Shown in pieces: positions 1-8,064 of a stretch of 24,000 nt of DNA; position 1 is the stretch's first letter, and every line of letters starts with the position of its first letter. This DNA is from Promethearchaeota archaeon (GTDB lineage: Archaea > Asgardarchaeota > Lokiarchaeia > Sigyniarchaeales > SOKP01), in contig JAUVNS010000005.1 in NCBI GenBank assembly GCA_030599585.1, positions 146,941-170,940 on the forward strand, in the 5' to 3' direction. The translations under genes and the position numbers were made by a program. The notes beneath the pieces were generated by a model. That model worked only from the letters and a program-made list of their open reading frames with translations, had not been told where the DNA came from and searched no databases.

Positions 1-927
1 AAACCAGACATGCAAACTGCTAGCAACGCAATTAGTAAATCAATAGGAGAGAAGGCTTTTTTAAGAGAAAAACAAAGAGAAAGCGATCTGAGTAGAATGC
101 ATATCAAACCAGACTTTATGAAAACGGGTGAAGCGATAAGTAAAACAATAGCCGAAAAAGCTTTTAGAATTGAGAAAAAAAAAGAGACCCAGCACAAAAA
201 AATGGAACTACATCCAGATATTGAAGGTAAAGGAGAGGCAATAAAGGAATCTATTAACGAAAAAGCATTTAGGATTGATATGCAAAAGGATAGAGAAAGA
301 AAAATAAAAGAGTTAAATCCAGATATTAGCAAAGCTGGAGAATCCATTGCCCAATCTATTGGAACAAAGGCCTTTTTACGCGAAACGCGCAGAGAAAAGG
401 ATCATGAGAGAATAGATTTGAAACCAGATTTTATGAAAACTGGAGACGCAATTAGCGCTACAGTAGCTGAAAAAGCCTTTAGAATGGAAAAAAGTCGCGA
501 AATTGACGAAAAAAAACATGACCTAAAACCTGATATAAAAAAAACTGCAGAATTAATTAGCAAATCTATACAAGAAAAAGCGTTTTTACGAGAAAAACAC
601 AGAGCCGAGGATTCTAAACGTATGGAAATAAAACCAGACATAACAAAAGCAAGTCAAGCCATTAAATCTTCAATTGACGAAAAGGCTTTTAGAATTGAGA
701 AGCAAAAAGAGATGGACCATAAAAGAATGGAATTAAAACCGGACTTTGAGAAATCCAGTGACGCTATTCAAAAAACAATAGGGGAAAAAGCATTTATTAT
801 CGAAAAACAAAAAACTCGCGATTCTGAACTAATAGAGCTTAAACCAGATATTAAAGGTATCAGTTCTTTAATCGAAGGAAAAATTGAAAAAATTGAACAG
901 AAGAAAAAGGACGAGAATACTACATAA
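1..927 (+). CDS. Highly charged helical repeat protein (35-aa repeats), 5' truncated by window edge
   Basis: The ORF track starts at 10, but codons 1-9 read K-P-D in frame, which matches the start of each repeat unit, so the ORF continues upstream. Repeat consensus is about KPDxxKxxxAIxxxIxEKAFRxExxRExxxxRMEL. Stop codon at 925-927. Confidence 0.85.
   Translation, partial: KPDMQTASNAISKSIGEKAFLREKQRESDLSRMHIKPDFMKTGEAISKTIAEKAFRIEKKKETQHKKMELHPDIEGKGEAIKESINEKAFRIDMQKDRERKIKELNPDISKAGESIAQSIGTKAFLRETRREKDHERIDLKPDFMKTGDAISATVAEKAFRMEKSREIDEKKHDLKPDIKKTAELISKSIQEKAFLREKHRAEDSKRMEIKPDITKASQAIKSSIDEKAFRIEKQKEMDHKRMELKPDFEKSSDAIQKTIGEKAFIIEKQKTRDSELIELKPDIKGISSLIEGKIEKIEQKKKDENTT
1..927 (+). repeat. 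Coding tandem repeat, 105-bp unit, 8 full copies plus a partial ninth
   Basis: Units start at 1, 106, 211, 316, 421, 526, 631, 736 and 841, each encoding [KHN]PD followed 14 codons later by EKAF or TKAF. No indels between units. Confidence 0.9.
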
Positions 928-958
928 AGATTGAAATCTTCTCTACTCTTATCTAAAG

Positions 959-1462
959 CTATAAATGGACATCAAATTTGAATAAAGTATTTAAATTCAT
1001 ATTTTCTAATCTTTTTTTATATTGTAGAATTGAAGGATCTACATTTCCATTAAAATTCCTTATTGCAGACTCGAATCTATAGTAAAAATCTTCCATAATT
1101 TGATGTAAAATTACTCTCTCTACTTGTAAATTGGTTTTCTTCGAAATCGCAATCACTGACAATCGCCCTCTCCTTTCGTATAAAATTCTACTCTCCTTAA
1201 AATTCACTTCTTGAATCTCGTCGTTCACTGATTCAGGTTTAATCTCGCTAATAAAAAGATTAAGCGCATTAAGAAAACCACTTATCAAATCTTCATGAGA
1301 CGAAAATCTAGAGTTGTGCGTATATTTTTTGCTAAGCAGTAAAGAACCCGATACATTGTCTAAGAAGTAAATTGCGTGAAAACGATTAACATCTAAATTA
1401 ATCTTTTCTAAATTAAATCCATACGACTTCTCTATATTTTTATTAATCCATCTATTCGACAT
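959..1462 (-). CDS. Longin-/roadblock-like domain protein (Asgard small-GTPase-associated type)
   Basis: 167 aa. The N-terminus FHAIYFLDNVSGSLLLSKKY followed by an amphipathic helix (LISGFLNALNLFISEI) and strands around SRILYERRGRLSVIAIS resembles a longin-like beta-alpha-beta arrangement. Assignment by pattern only. Confidence 0.45.
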   Translation of the reverse strand: MSNRWINKNIEKSYGFNLEKINLDVNRFHAIYFLDNVSGSLLLSKKYTHNSRFSSHEDLISGFLNALNLFISEIKPESVNDEIQEVNFKESRILYERRGRLSVIAISKKTNLQVERVILHQIMEDFYYRFESAIRNFNGNVDPSILQYKKRLENMNLNTLFKFDVHL

Positions 1463-1712
1463 CTTTCGACTGCTTTCTAACCTAAAACTATTCCTATTAA
1501 AAAATGAAAACGATTACGATTTAAAATGTAAATATTATCTTAGTGACATATAAATAGTTTTTTTAGCTAGTTGAAGCTTAATCCAATTAATATTGCGCTT
1601 AACTGGGTAGTTTGAGTTAAAATGATAGAAAAACTTTTCAAGAAAAACCTAAAAATTTAAAATAAAATCATTTTATTATTAGACATATACTATTCTTATC
1701 ACATTTTAATTT

Positions 1713-2189
1713 TTGATGAATATGGGTCTAAATAACAACCACGGAAAACAAAAAAATAAAATTTCTATTGGTAAAATCCTATCAAGAGAGGATTTTAATT
1801 CCACTATTTTTCCAGAGGAGGTTAAAGCGGAAATCAACCAGACTCCTTATTACTTGCTAATTTTCATTTCTCGCGAAGATTCAATAAAAATTAGCTGCTT
1901 TCCTACTAATACGAATGAGATAAAAAAAATTCTCATTAAGTTAATTGAGTTCTCGCCCGATCTAGTGAAGGGAATATCGACCGTACTTAACGATCTTGGT
2001 TTAAGTAAAGATATTCTGCATACTACCGGAATTTGTTATGAGTTGGAAACTTGCTTCTATGAAACCTATCTATTAGGAGACACTCTAAAATCGAAGAAAA
2101 TGTCTATGGACCTTATAAAAGAAAAATTCCTCGCAATTGAGAAAATTGTTAATGTCTCAATAGAAGATATTCCAATTCATAACGAATAG
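1713..2189 (+). CDS. Conserved hypothetical, possible ACT-like domains
   Basis: 158 aa ORF. Alternating strands and helices (YYLLIFISREDSIKISCFP; KEKFLAIEKIVNVSIEDIP) loosely resemble ACT-like folds. Followed after 11 nt by the zinc-finger ORF. Confidence 0.4.
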   Translation: MMNMGLNNNHGKQKNKISIGKILSREDFNSTIFPEEVKAEINQTPYYLLIFISREDSIKISCFPTNTNEIKKILIKLIEFSPDLVKGISTVLNDLGLSKDILHTTGICYELETCFYETYLLGDTLKSKKMSMDLIKEKFLAIEKIVNVSIEDIPIHNE

Positions 2190-2200
2190 ACTTCTTATAA

Positions 2201-2406
2201 ATGAGCAATAAAAAATTACACCCTCCCTCAATTTTACCTCCTTCTTTTACCGCATCAAGTAAGTTTTGCCTGTTTCATAAGGGTGATTTGTCAGAAGATA
2301 TTTATACTTGTCCTAAGTGTAAAATTATATATTGCCCAGAATGCGTAAAAAAGCTCAGGCTGATAGGAAATCGTGTATTAAATGTAAACAGATCGTTTTA
2401 CTCTAG
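2201..2406 (+). CDS. Small treble-clef/B-box-like zinc finger protein, apparently frameshifted near 2347-2353
   Basis: The zero-frame ORF (2201-2419) has CxxH...CPKCxxxYCPEC. The -1 frame after AAAAAAG continues AQADRKSCIKCKQIVLL and stops (TAG) at 2404-2406, supplying a fourth CxxC-type pair. Confidence 0.6.
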
Positions 2407-2835
2407 TTATTGTAAATGATCCTCCTCAAGTGAACCTGTTCTTATTGAACTCAAACTACGCCACGCCTTCCAAAAAATTAACCATAATATGATAAATATA
2501 AATAGAGTTGTAGCGAAAGTGTAACCTCCAATAAAAAGATCAACAATAATTAAAAACGGGATACCTGCAATCGCAAATCCTATCAAATAACCATACCCCC
2601 AATACCTGTTAACTAAGGCTATTATTATTCCCGGAATCATCGTTGTGAATATGATTGAAAGAAACGCTAAAACTTCAATTGAGCGAGGAGCATCTTGTAT
2701 GAACGTCATATTTACCCAAGATGCTACAAAACCAATTACTACAAACAATAAAGTCCACACATTTATACTTAAATCTTTCTCCGCCTTATCTCGATCGTTT
2801 CGATTTGATTCTGTTTTTTTCTCCAACAATGTCAC
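2407..2835 (-). CDS. Small multi-pass membrane protein (about 3-4 TM segments)
   Basis: 142 aa. Hydrophobic stretches WTLLFVVIGFVASWV, VLAFLSIIFTTMIPGIIIALV, YLIGFAIAGIPFLIIVDLFI and FATTLFIFIILWLIFW. Confidence 0.6.
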   Translation of the reverse strand: MTLLEKKTESNRNDRDKAEKDLSINVWTLLFVVIGFVASWVNMTFIQDAPRSIEVLAFLSIIFTTMIPGIIIALVNRYWGYGYLIGFAIAGIPFLIIVDLFIGGYTFATTLFIFIILWLIFWKAWRSLSSIRTGSLEEDHLQ

Positions 2836-3159
2836 TTCTTACCAAACAATTAAAAAAAAATAAATTCTTTTAAGTTGTAAAAGATAATTCTCATTATAAA
2901 AAATATTTGACGATTGAATAACTGAAAATTAGGTAACTTTTAGTTAGAAAAGGGTAAGACCCTTTAAATTCCGACAAAAGTTTCAAAATATTGTCAATTC
3001 TTTTAAATAAGACTAAAGATATTAGTATAATAAGATAAAAATTTATATGTGTAAAACATATAATAATCGTTGAAGATAAAGATTTAAATATTAAACAAAA
3101 CAAATTTAAAAAAAATATAAGATTTAAAAAAATAAAATAGGGATTTTATAAAAAATCAT

Positions 3160-3274
3160 GACTCCTGCCCCGCCCTGGATTTTTGTCTTTTGGTAGTGTG
3201 TAATACACACTCATTTCGCCCTCCTCCCCCTATTTTATTTCTGACCTTCTTATTAGGTCTTGGTGGCAGGAGTC
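3160..3274. ncRNA. Candidate structured RNA, about 115 nt, orientation uncertain
   Basis: Perfect 10-bp terminal inverted repeat GACTCCTGCC (3160-3169) / GGCAGGAGTC (3265-3274). Internal hairpins AGTGTGT/ACACACT (3195-3201/3205-3211) and GACCT/AGGTC (3243-3247/3255-3259). Clearly GC-richer than the surrounding AT-rich non-coding DNA; no substantial ORF. Confidence 0.5.
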
Positions 3275-3731
3275 TCCCTTTATTATACCTGAAAAAATTA
3301 AAAAAAAAGATATATTTAGTAGGTTAATTTTCAGTTGGTGAATATGGAATATAAAGGTTACACTGAAATTAACCGGTAAGTTTTCATTTTTTACCAGTAG
3401 TTTTTAAATAAAAACACATTTCATAAGATTTAATTATAGAGATAACTAAAGTAAGAAACGCCTCCTTCTGTTTCGTTTTTTCAATAATTATAACTATAAA
3501 TAATCTTTCACTCAAATTACGTTATTTTTATGTGTAGCTTAACTAGAAAATTTTGAAGTAGAAAAAGTAGAAGAAAAGGATTGCCTTTTAGATGTAAAAG
3601 CGTTCTTTTTTTATTCGATAATACTTAAAATACTATTAATTTTCTTATAAAATTAAAATAGAATAACGTGTTATTTGATCAAATTGTTATTTAAATAAAA
3701 TAAATCGTAAAAATTAACGAAATTGAAACTT

Positions 3732-5432
3732 ATGACAGAAGATATTATAAGACGGACAACGAGTATTTGCCCAGAATGCTTACAACCCATTCCAGCGGAG
3801 ATCTATGTTGATCCAGAAACTAATTGGGTCATGATGAGAAAAGATTGCAAGGAACACGGGCATTTTAAAGACAAACTTTCCATCGATCCAGATGAATACA
3901 AATGGGGCGAAACTTTCACTGACGACATAGGATCTACAGTCGATAACTCTACTAAACCTGAATATGTTAGTTCAGGTTTAAAGGAGTGTGTTGAAGGCTG
4001 TCCATACGATTGTGGCCTCTGTGAAAATCATAAAAGCGCACCTAATATATGCCTAATCGATATTACAAATCGCTGTAACTTAACCTGCCCAATTTGTTTT
4101 GCTAACGCAAGCGCGAAAGGGTATGTTGTAGAACCTACGCTCGAACAAGTCTTCCAAATAATGGAACATTTCAGGTCAATGAAACCTGTTCCAGCAGTTA
4201 TGCTCCAAATATCTGGGGGAGAACCTACGATCAGAGATGATCTTCCAGACATCATCCGGGAAGGAAAAAGACTCGGTTTCTCTGAAGTAATGGTTACAAC
4301 TAACGGTATAAGGTTCGCCAAATCGATTGACTTTTTAACGAAGTGCAAAGACGCGGGAATGGATGCCATCTATTTACAATTTGATGCAACTGACGATCCT
4401 GAAGCTTGGAAAAAGGTTCGTGGCGTTAATTTATGGCCGTTAAAGAAACGTGTTATTGAAAACTGTCGCAAAATTGGATATTTTGGTTTAATGCTAGTTC
4501 CTGTTATAGCCAAAGGAGTTAACGACCACGAAGTCGGAAACATTTTAGACTTTGCTAAGAATAATAGCGACGTGGTTTCTGGAGTAATTTTCCAGCCAGT
4601 CTCACTTTGTGGACGGATCAGTTTTGAAGAACTGATGGATTTAAGATATACAACCTCAGACCTCAAAGTAGCAATAAATAAACACACAAACAATGCTATT
4701 GAAAAATTCTATCCTATCGCAACTACAGCAAAAATGACCCGTTTATTAGCTTGGTTTGATAACATGCCCGAATTTGGTATGACGAGCCATAAAGATTGTG
4801 GGTTTGCCACAATACTCATCGTTAACGATAAAGACGAATGGGAATCCCTCGATGATTATTTTGACGCAGAAGGACTTATTAAGTGGTCAAACAAGGTTTA
4901 TGACATGGTTCAAGGAAAAGAAGTCCCAAAACCAACTGGGTTCTTAAAAGGTATAAACTTGCAAGATTTCGGGGCTGTAGCTAGTACTGTAGGGAAATTC
5001 ATAGACGAAATGACTGATTTAGGATATCGGCAAATGATGAAAGCTTATTATTTTGCTGGAGGAATTAAGTTCGTAAAACATCCAGAAAAAATCTTAACGA
5101 GTAAAACCTACCAGAGTTTTGCACGAGTTATCGCTTCCCCGAACTTAGCAAGCGCCGCGAACTTCCTTCATAACAAGAATCTAATGATCTCAGCTATGCA
5201 CTTTCAAGATGCCTACAACTTCGATTTGGACAGAGTTTGTAGATGTTTAGTCCATTATGGTGTAGTAGATCCAGAAGACAACACAAAAACATTGGAGATA
5301 CCATTTTGTGCTATGAATACACTACACAGGGAAAGAATTGAACTTGCAAACGCCATTAAAGGCGAGGAAGCTAAAAAAGCCGAAGTTATTCAAGCAGAAA
5401 TTAAAGAGCTTTTAGAAACCGTAAAACAATAA
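3732..5432 (+). CDS. tes: Radical SAM protein of the archaeal tetraether lipid synthase (Tes / MJ0619-like) family
   Basis: N-terminal CPECLQPIPAEIY and KEHGHF, then ECPxDCGLCxNHKS-like CVEGCPYDCGLCENHKS, DITNRCNLTCPICFANA (CxxxCxxC radical SAM motif) and SGGEPT. The track ORF starts at a TTG (3723); the in-frame ATG at 3732 is a more likely start. Confidence 0.75.
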   Translation: MTEDIIRRTTSICPECLQPIPAEIYVDPETNWVMMRKDCKEHGHFKDKLSIDPDEYKWGETFTDDIGSTVDNSTKPEYVSSGLKECVEGCPYDCGLCENHKSAPNICLIDITNRCNLTCPICFANASAKGYVVEPTLEQVFQIMEHFRSMKPVPAVMLQISGGEPTIRDDLPDIIREGKRLGFSEVMVTTNGIRFAKSIDFLTKCKDAGMDAIYLQFDATDDPEAWKKVRGVNLWPLKKRVIENCRKIGYFGLMLVPVIAKGVNDHEVGNILDFAKNNSDVVSGVIFQPVSLCGRISFEELMDLRYTTSDLKVAINKHTNNAIEKFYPIATTAKMTRLLAWFDNMPEFGMTSHKDCGFATILIVNDKDEWESLDDYFDAEGLIKWSNKVYDMVQGKEVPKPTGFLKGINLQDFGAVASTVGKFIDEMTDLGYRQMMKAYYFAGGIKFVKHPEKILTSKTYQSFARVIASPNLASAANFLHNKNLMISAMHFQDAYNFDLDRVCRCLVHYGVVDPEDNTKTLEIPFCAMNTLHRERIELANAIKGEEAKKAEVIQAEIKELLETVKQ

Positions 5433-5575
5433 TCGTTTTTTTAAATTTTAATCTTATTTTATTATTTATTTTTTCTTCATTTTTAAGAAATTAAAGAATA
5501 GCTTCCTAACAAATAGTATTTAAATTCGGACTCTTATTTATTAGATATATAAGGTAGTAGTTTTATTCAGATTTT

Positions 5576-6163
5576 ATGGTAAGCAATACGGATATAATAG
5601 GGGAATATCGGGGAACAGTCAAAAACAGGGTTTTAACTGCGTTATTGCAGTCTTATATGGATAACTTAGATTACGATGGGATGAAATCGATTTTAAAGGA
5701 AGCGGGGCTCTTAGAACTGAAAGATATACGAGATGTAGATCCAGAGGGGGAAATCGACTTTTTTTCGTTTAAAAAGATTATATCTGCTCAAAATTGTTTG
5801 CTGTACGATTCAACTGATTTATTATCTGAAATTGGGAGAAAATTCTCATTTTACTTGTTCCCTTTTGGAAAAGTTTTCGAAGAGATTGTCGAAGAGATTA
5901 ATAAAATGGTTGTTACTGATTGGCAAGTCAAAATTGTGGAAAATAGAGCTGAATCCGTCATCATTCGGGTTGATAAATGTATTTTTTGTTCGGAAATCGG
6001 AGTTTCCTGCGAGTTGTTTAAGAGTTTTTTGATTCATTCGTTAGAAAAAAGTTTGCCTTCTGATTATCGAGTAGTTTCCTACGAAACGAAAGAAAATATT
6101 ACTAATCCTAATCATAATTCTTTTATTTTGAAATTACGAATTGAGAAAACATTTATATCATAA
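5576..6163 (+). CDS. V4R / Bet3(TRAPP)-like fold small-molecule-binding domain protein
   Basis: 195 aa. N-terminal helical part, then WQVKIVENRAESVIIRVDKCIFC...GVSCELFKSFLIHSLEKSLPSDYRVVSYETKE, resembling V4R/HNOB-type hydrocarbon-binding domains. Confidence 0.45.
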   Translation: MVSNTDIIGEYRGTVKNRVLTALLQSYMDNLDYDGMKSILKEAGLLELKDIRDVDPEGEIDFFSFKKIISAQNCLLYDSTDLLSEIGRKFSFYLFPFGKVFEEIVEEINKMVVTDWQVKIVENRAESVIIRVDKCIFCSEIGVSCELFKSFLIHSLEKSLPSDYRVVSYETKENITNPNHNSFILKLRIEKTFIS

Positions 6164-6253
6164 AATAACGAAAGCTTATATATATCAAAAATCAAGATAC
6201 TTTTTGTTATTATTAATTCAATTTTAAAAATCATAACTTAATTATTATTAAAA

Positions 6254-6817
6254 TTGCCAGCAGAAGGACTTTCCACCGAAGCTAAGGAATATGTATTCAA
6301 GATAACAATTCTTGGACAAAGTGCCGTTGGTAAAACTTCATTAATTAATCAATTTGTGGAGGGCTCGTTTCAGGAAGATTATAAACCAACACTCGGCGCA
6401 AATATAATCCGAAAAGATGTTAATATAGGAGAGGTCAACGCTAAAGTTCGATTAATTATGTGGGACTTAGCGGGTCAAGAGAAATACAATGTGATACGAA
6501 GTATGTATTTTCAAGGATGTGTTGGGAGTCTACTCGTGTATGATGTCACTCGTCACGAGAGTTTTGCTGCGATTGAATCTAAATGGCTTAAAGATTTCAA
6601 AAACTACGTGAAAAAAGAGGGCGCTTACATTTTAATCGGCAATAAAGTCGATCTAGACGACGAACGAGTCGTCAGTAAAGAAGAGGGTGAAAAATTAGCT
6701 AAACAAATCGGTGCAAGTGTTTTTGTTGAAACCAGCGCTAGATTGGGAAAAAATGTAGAAGAAGCCTTCAAAAGTCTAGTATACCAAATTTTACGAAATT
6801 ATGGAGAAAAAATATAA
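6254..6817 (+). CDS. Rab/Ras-like small GTPase
   Basis: G1 GQSAVGKTS, G2 region KPTLG, G3 WDLAGQE, G4 GNKVD, G5 ETSA. The start codon is TTG. Confidence 0.95.
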   Translation: MPAEGLSTEAKEYVFKITILGQSAVGKTSLINQFVEGSFQEDYKPTLGANIIRKDVNIGEVNAKVRLIMWDLAGQEKYNVIRSMYFQGCVGSLLVYDVTRHESFAAIESKWLKDFKNYVKKEGAYILIGNKVDLDDERVVSKEEGEKLAKQIGASVFVETSARLGKNVEEAFKSLVYQILRNYGEKI

Positions 6818-6900
6818 GGACGCTTAATTAAATAAGAAATCTCCATTTCAGTTTTTTTTAATTACAAATCATTATTATAATTATAAATTGTTTTTATTAA

Positions 6901-8061
6901 ATGGTAACAATGAAAGAATTATCAAACAAGATAAGAAACGCTCCAAAATCAAAAATACGTGAACTTTTTGACCTTGCTGCGGGACGATCAGATGTTATAA
7001 GCTTAGGGATTGGGCAACCGGATTTTTCCACGCCTCAACCCGCAATAGAGGGGAATATTAATGCCTTAAAAGAGAAAATCACATATTACGCCCCTACGAA
7101 AGGTATTCCAGAATTATTACAGCATCTAGAAACCAAATTAAATTCTGTGAATAACATTAAAACAGCCTGGAAAGATAATATTATTATTACAAACGGCGGT
7201 TCCCAGGCTCTTCATCTTGCTTTTGCCTCCATTTTTAATTCTGGAGATGAGATAATAATTTCCTCTCCAAATTTTATCTCTTATTTCTATTTGAGTGCTT
7301 TTTTTGACTTAAGAGTGATTGAGGTTGAGAGGAAAAGCGACTTTAGTCCTAATATTGACAAAATAAAGAAATCAATTACTGATAAAACTAAAGCGATTTT
7401 AATTAATTCACCTAACAATCCAACTGGATATTCGTTAAGCACAAATGAATTACAGGAGATCGTTGAAATTGTTAAGAAACACGACTTATATTTAATCTCC
7501 GATGAAGTGTACGAAAATTATCTATACGACGATTCCAAGCATACAAGTCCAGCTTCGTTAAATGATATGTTTGAACGGACTATTACTATAAACGCCATGT
7601 CAAAACTGTATTCTGCTACGGGATTTAGATTAGGGTATGTAGCTGCAAGTAAGGATATAATAGATACAATGGAAAAATATCATCAATATACCGTAGCAGG
7701 TACAAACCACGCGGCTCAATATGGTTTTTTAGAGGCTTTAAAGATGGGTAGTAGTTTTTTTGACGAAATTTTAAAGAGTTTTGATGAAAGACGTTTATTA
7801 GCTTACAATCGTTTAACCGAATTGGGTTTTGATGTTGTTAAGCCAAAAGGAGCTTTTTACGTTATGCCGAAAATCAACGATTTTGGGTTAACTGGTGCTG
7901 AATTTTCGAAAAGAATAATGAAAGATCAGGCAGTCGCAATAGTTCCAGGTAATATTTTTGGATCTTACTCAGAATATATGTTAAGAATGTCTTATGCGAC
8001 TAAATTAGAAAAGCTCGAAGAAGCGATGGATAGGATTGAAAAATTTGTAAAAAAAATATAA
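6901..8061 (+). CDS. Class I/II PLP-dependent aminotransferase (aspartate aminotransferase-like)
   Basis: 386 aa. SLGIGQPDF, YAPTKGIPELLQ, NSPNNPTGYSLS, SDEVYENYLYD, AMSKLYSATGFRLGY (PLP lysine), SYATKLEKLEEAMDRI. Confidence 0.92.
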   Translation: MVTMKELSNKIRNAPKSKIRELFDLAAGRSDVISLGIGQPDFSTPQPAIEGNINALKEKITYYAPTKGIPELLQHLETKLNSVNNIKTAWKDNIIITNGGSQALHLAFASIFNSGDEIIISSPNFISYFYLSAFFDLRVIEVERKSDFSPNIDKIKKSITDKTKAILINSPNNPTGYSLSTNELQEIVEIVKKHDLYLISDEVYENYLYDDSKHTSPASLNDMFERTITINAMSKLYSATGFRLGYVAASKDIIDTMEKYHQYTVAGTNHAAQYGFLEALKMGSSFFDEILKSFDERRLLAYNRLTELGFDVVKPKGAFYVMPKINDFGLTGAEFSKRIMKDQAVAIVPGNIFGSYSEYMLRMSYATKLEKLEEAMDRIEKFVKKI

Positions 8062-8064
8062 ATT

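Noticed and set aside
402-641. 79-aa antisense ORF inside the repeat protein
   Set aside because: Shadow ORF generated by the codon pattern of the strongly supported sense repeat protein.
1-927. Possible CRISPR-like or satellite tandem repeat
   Set aside because: The period is 105 bp, units are diverged at nucleotide level, and the frame is open throughout with conserved protein consensus, so this is a coding repeat.
2645-2863. 72-aa plus-strand ORF
   Set aside because: Antisense to the membrane-protein gene, with no protein-like features.
2894-3103. 69-aa minus-strand ORF
   Set aside because: Low-complexity hydrophobic translation of AT-rich intergenic DNA, with no family signature and no supporting context.
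3160-3274. Identification of the GC-rich element as 5S rRNA, tRNA, SRP RNA or RNase P RNA
   Set aside because: I could not find the conserved motifs of these RNAs on either strand (such as 5S CCGAAC-type loop, tRNA TTCGA arm or RNase P GAGGAAAGTC), so it is left unassigned.
4028-4693. Two antisense ORFs (4028..4369 and 4370..4693) within the radical SAM gene
   Set aside because: The sense strand is an unambiguous radical SAM enzyme; the reverse ORFs have no recognisable domains.
5832-6037. Overlapping alternative-frame ORFs in the V4R-like gene
   Set aside because: Short, and contained in a longer ORF with domain-like composition.
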